A stretch of DNA of 64,000 bases from Ginglymostoma cirratum (lineage: Eukaryota), in assembly GCA_024137785.1 (NCBI GenBank), contig JAHRHZ010000018.1, positions 35,628,166 to 35,692,165 of the forward strand. The letters run 5' to 3'. The translations under genes were made by a program, and so were the position numbers. Below the pieces are notes generated by a model. It was not told where the DNA came from and ran no database searches. It saw only the letters and a list, made by a program, of their open reading frames with translations. Of the stretch, positions 60,825 to 64,000 are shown piece by piece. The stretch's first letter is position 1; each line of letters begins with the position of its first letter.

Positions 60825-63800
60825 AAAACATGCTGTATATATAGGTCTGAAAAGGTCTGATAGAGTGCGGTAAGTACTAATCACCGTAATGATGTCATGT
60901 GGATTTGGTCAGAGGGTAAAGAAAGAGCTTGTAAGTGACAGACCACAGCTTAACATGTTCCTATTATGAGTAATGTAGGTCATATTCAAGTAACCTTTAA
61001 ATTGTTGCAGTAATGCAATAAACAGTTTACTTGACAAGATTCTTCAGATAGAACAGAAAGATGGTTATCCTAATCCGTACTAGCACACTTTAGGTTTAAG
61101 CAACATTCACACATGGTGGCAATGTTGGACACAACAGAGTCAGCAGTGAGCAGCACTATTTCTAAATGATGCCAGCTAACAGAATTTAGAATTTAGGGCT
61201 TTGCAAAAAAAAACACAGAGGAAAAAACATGTTGGTGACCCAGAAGATTTCAAGAGAAGCAGCCACTACTCACTGCTGATGACAGCGAACCCACACACTC
61301 CATGCAACACTCAGAAGAAATCTTCAGAGATTGACACAGAAAGCATTTCAGACCTGACAGAAAATGTGCAGGAACTTAGACAACCTGCAGCGTGAAGGCA
61401 AATTTATGGGTTATATCGCGAGGTGGTAGTCTGTGGAAGTGGTTGTGAGTCCAAGTTGAGCTGAACAGACATCGAGGATTGCATGAGTCAAAACCAATAA
61501 TCTCTTGCCTGAAAAGGGAAACCTTGTGCAGTGATGCAGGCTGAAAGGGCAGTAATTAAAAAAGAAAGTTGTAACTCCAATTAGGCATCAATGCCATCGT
61601 ATGCAAAATGACATGCGGCAGGTCTGGAAGAATAAAGAGGACCATAACAGAAAACTCATTGATTATGGGAGAAGAGAGCTGGGGAAATCACTAACTAACC
61701 TAAGCAAAGTGGATGGAAATTAAAAGAAGCATATGACTCTGGTCTCACACATTTTGGGAGACAAAGAAGGTTGGGGAAATCCTAGTAAGACTCCAAAGTG
61801 CAATAAAAATTCCATTACAGCTCTTAAGAGCGGAAAACCTCTATTACAGCCAAGGAGCACGGATAAACCTCCATTACAGTCACAATGGGCAGGAAAACCC
61901 ACATACAGGAGTGAAGAATGGAAAAGCCATACGGGACAACAATGAAGTGTGGGAGATTACTGCAAAATAAAAATCATTAAAGACACAATACCTAATCACA
62001 TTTGCATGCCATGAAATCAGAAATAAAAATTATCAGCAGGAAGACTTACTTTCAGAGAGGGACCAAATAGAAATCAAAATTGGACATCTTGGAGAATTCA
62101 ATTCTTGAGGTAAATAAAAGCTTCAAAGCTGAAAACAGTCAGAAGCTGAACAAGTAAACACTCTTGTCAACATAATTGGGAGTATAGCAGATAATGTTGT
62201 TGCTCACCAAGGGATAACAGAAACATCAGACAAGTTCAAAATAATATTGAATTCCTTTGGCAATGATTTAAACCTCAGAACTGATAAAATTCTTCAAAGG
62301 GAGAGATTTAATGAACGAGTGCAGCATTCCAGGGAATCCATAGATGATTTAATTAATGACCTTTGCAGTCTAGTTGAGAATTACAATTGCGCTGATTTGA
62401 AACGAGAAATTATGAGAGACTGGATTGTCGTAGGCATTATTGTCAGCCTTTTTATAGTCTAAAAATGTCCTAACGCTAGAGAAAACATGTTGGGTGGTAA
62501 GTGAAGCAGAGATTTAGACGCAAAACAGATCAATCCTAAGAAGAGAAGATAAAACTTGACATAGAAGAATTTATTCAATTTTTAAGATACAAAACAACAA
62601 CATATTATTATTCGACAAAGCAATGGTAAGGTAAGACACCAGACACTAAAAGTTTTGCCAATTACTGTGTAGCAAAAAAACCTTACAGACATGGATGGTG
62701 CCCAGCTATTAACACTGAAAGATTTTAGTTTAAAAAGGTAGGTCACTTACAGAAAATGAGTTGAAGCAGGGCACAGGCATAGAAAAGAAAAATACAAAGA
62801 ACCATCACCACAAAGAGTTAAATGAAGTGGAACAGTTTCCAGGAGAAGATGAACTGAAGGTTTTCCTAGGGGAAATTTGTGATTGGGATCAAACATTTTG
62901 ACAAGCTTACATTTATGTCAATGGGCTTCCCTTGAATTCCATGTTAAACTTGGGAGCAAGTGTCACAGTACGGTCAGATAGTGAGGCTCGGTTGACAAAA
63001 GCACTGCTTATAGCTAACAGAAGTCCAGCTACAAAATCCGGGGTGCTTCACATTTAACATTAATGGTAGGTTAAAACAACTCTCCAACATTGGGGACACC
63101 AAATTCTTGAAAACCTTTACATGTTTCATAACCCAGGATTTTCTTTCCTGAGGAGAACAGCATGTATTGACCTCAGTTTCATTCAAAAGGTGGGGAGAGG
63201 TTAAACAACAAAAGGTCAAGGAAAAGCCAATAGAAAATTTTGCTGGGCTCTGTAAGCTCATGGAAGAACTTAAAGCAGAATCCCCCAAGATAGGTTACAT
63301 TGGATTAAAAGAAATGGTTTCGTACCATAATTAAAATGGAAAGCTATGACTATAATGGTTTTGGCTCAAATATTTTCCACTGCTAACAAAATTGGCTTGA
63401 GTCAGATTGTCAACCAACATCAACAACTGTCAACTCCAAATTCAAGTGTGCCATGGGGGAGCTGAGATGGTTAGGAAGGAGCAAGGTCAATCAAAATATC
63501 CAACCTCTCCATCTTCCAAAGAAGAATTCACAACAATAATAAAGGGTGCCACATCAGGCAAGCATGAATCGCCAGGTAACAGAATTAAAGGACTGAACAC
63601 TCTGGTTTCACAAGTAATTCAGTCACTGCGTGACAAGGACAACTCTTAAAATATTCACAAATTTGAAGTAATAAGTCTACCTACTTCATCACAAACCTAC
63701 AGGTGGAATGAGAACCAAATTCTATTGACTCATCAAGGGGGTGATTCACACAAATCCGCAGAGATACCACCAAGAAGAATAAATTAATAAGCAAAGATCC

Positions 63801-64000
63801 AAGATACTGTAAAGAGAAAATTGCCTGTGATAGCAGGGATCACACCAACATTAATAAAGGAAAAATCATCAGAATCCCCTGTGAAAGAGATACAAGGTGT
63901 TAAAGATACCATAGTTCAAGACATAACTACAGACCTCAAACAGTCAACAAGACAATCCAAGTCAACTACCTTTCACGCAATAAAAAATCACAATTCCAAG
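60825..64000 (+). mobile_element. Decayed Gypsy-type LTR element: putative 5' LTR/PBS, gag and protease; runs off the window
   Basis: ERFNERVQHSRESIDDLINDLCSLVENYNCADLKREIMRDWIVVGI (Gypsy gag), a degenerate zinc knuckle near 62665-62750, and VNGLPLNSMLNLGASVTV (protease-like). AATAAA at ~61018 and a PBS-like CA-TGGTGGCA at ~61112. LTR limits are uncertain. Confidence 0.7.

Noticed and set aside
61806-61908. CRISPR-like repeat-spacer array
   Set aside because: Eukaryotic context, repeats only ~15 bp and degenerate, spacers too short, and no cas genes.

Overview
AT-rich vertebrate genomic DNA, most likely a cartilaginous fish (shark). That assignment is inferred from an HE1/V-SINE, a Deu-domain SINE and shark-type CR1, Penelope and Harbinger repeats. 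The window holds the 3' end of the estrogen-related receptor gamma gene (ESRRG) on the + strand: about 30 kb of a large intron with several candidate conserved non-coding elements, the last two ligand-binding-domain exons (30448-30717 and 33476-33720), and a ~2.8 kb 3' UTR ending near an ATTAAA signal at 36469. Downstream is a transposon-rich region with CR1/L2 LINEs, two Gypsy LTR elements and Harbinger remnants. The most notable non-genic signal is a set of about ten Penelope-derived terminal-repeat copies. Many are fold-back mini-elements with 11-16 bp target-site duplications, and they carry minimal hammerhead-ribozyme motifs; two have intact catalytic cores (45893-45920 on +, 55004-55031 on -). 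Other signals are a perfect DR1 element, a CTCF site with its upstream motif, an ERRbeta-like Ile in the ERRgamma ligand pocket, and a competing splice acceptor that would remove AF-2. Most short ORFs in the supplied track are noise or decayed transposon fragments. Repeat and CNE boundaries were set by eye and are approximate; no database searches were run.
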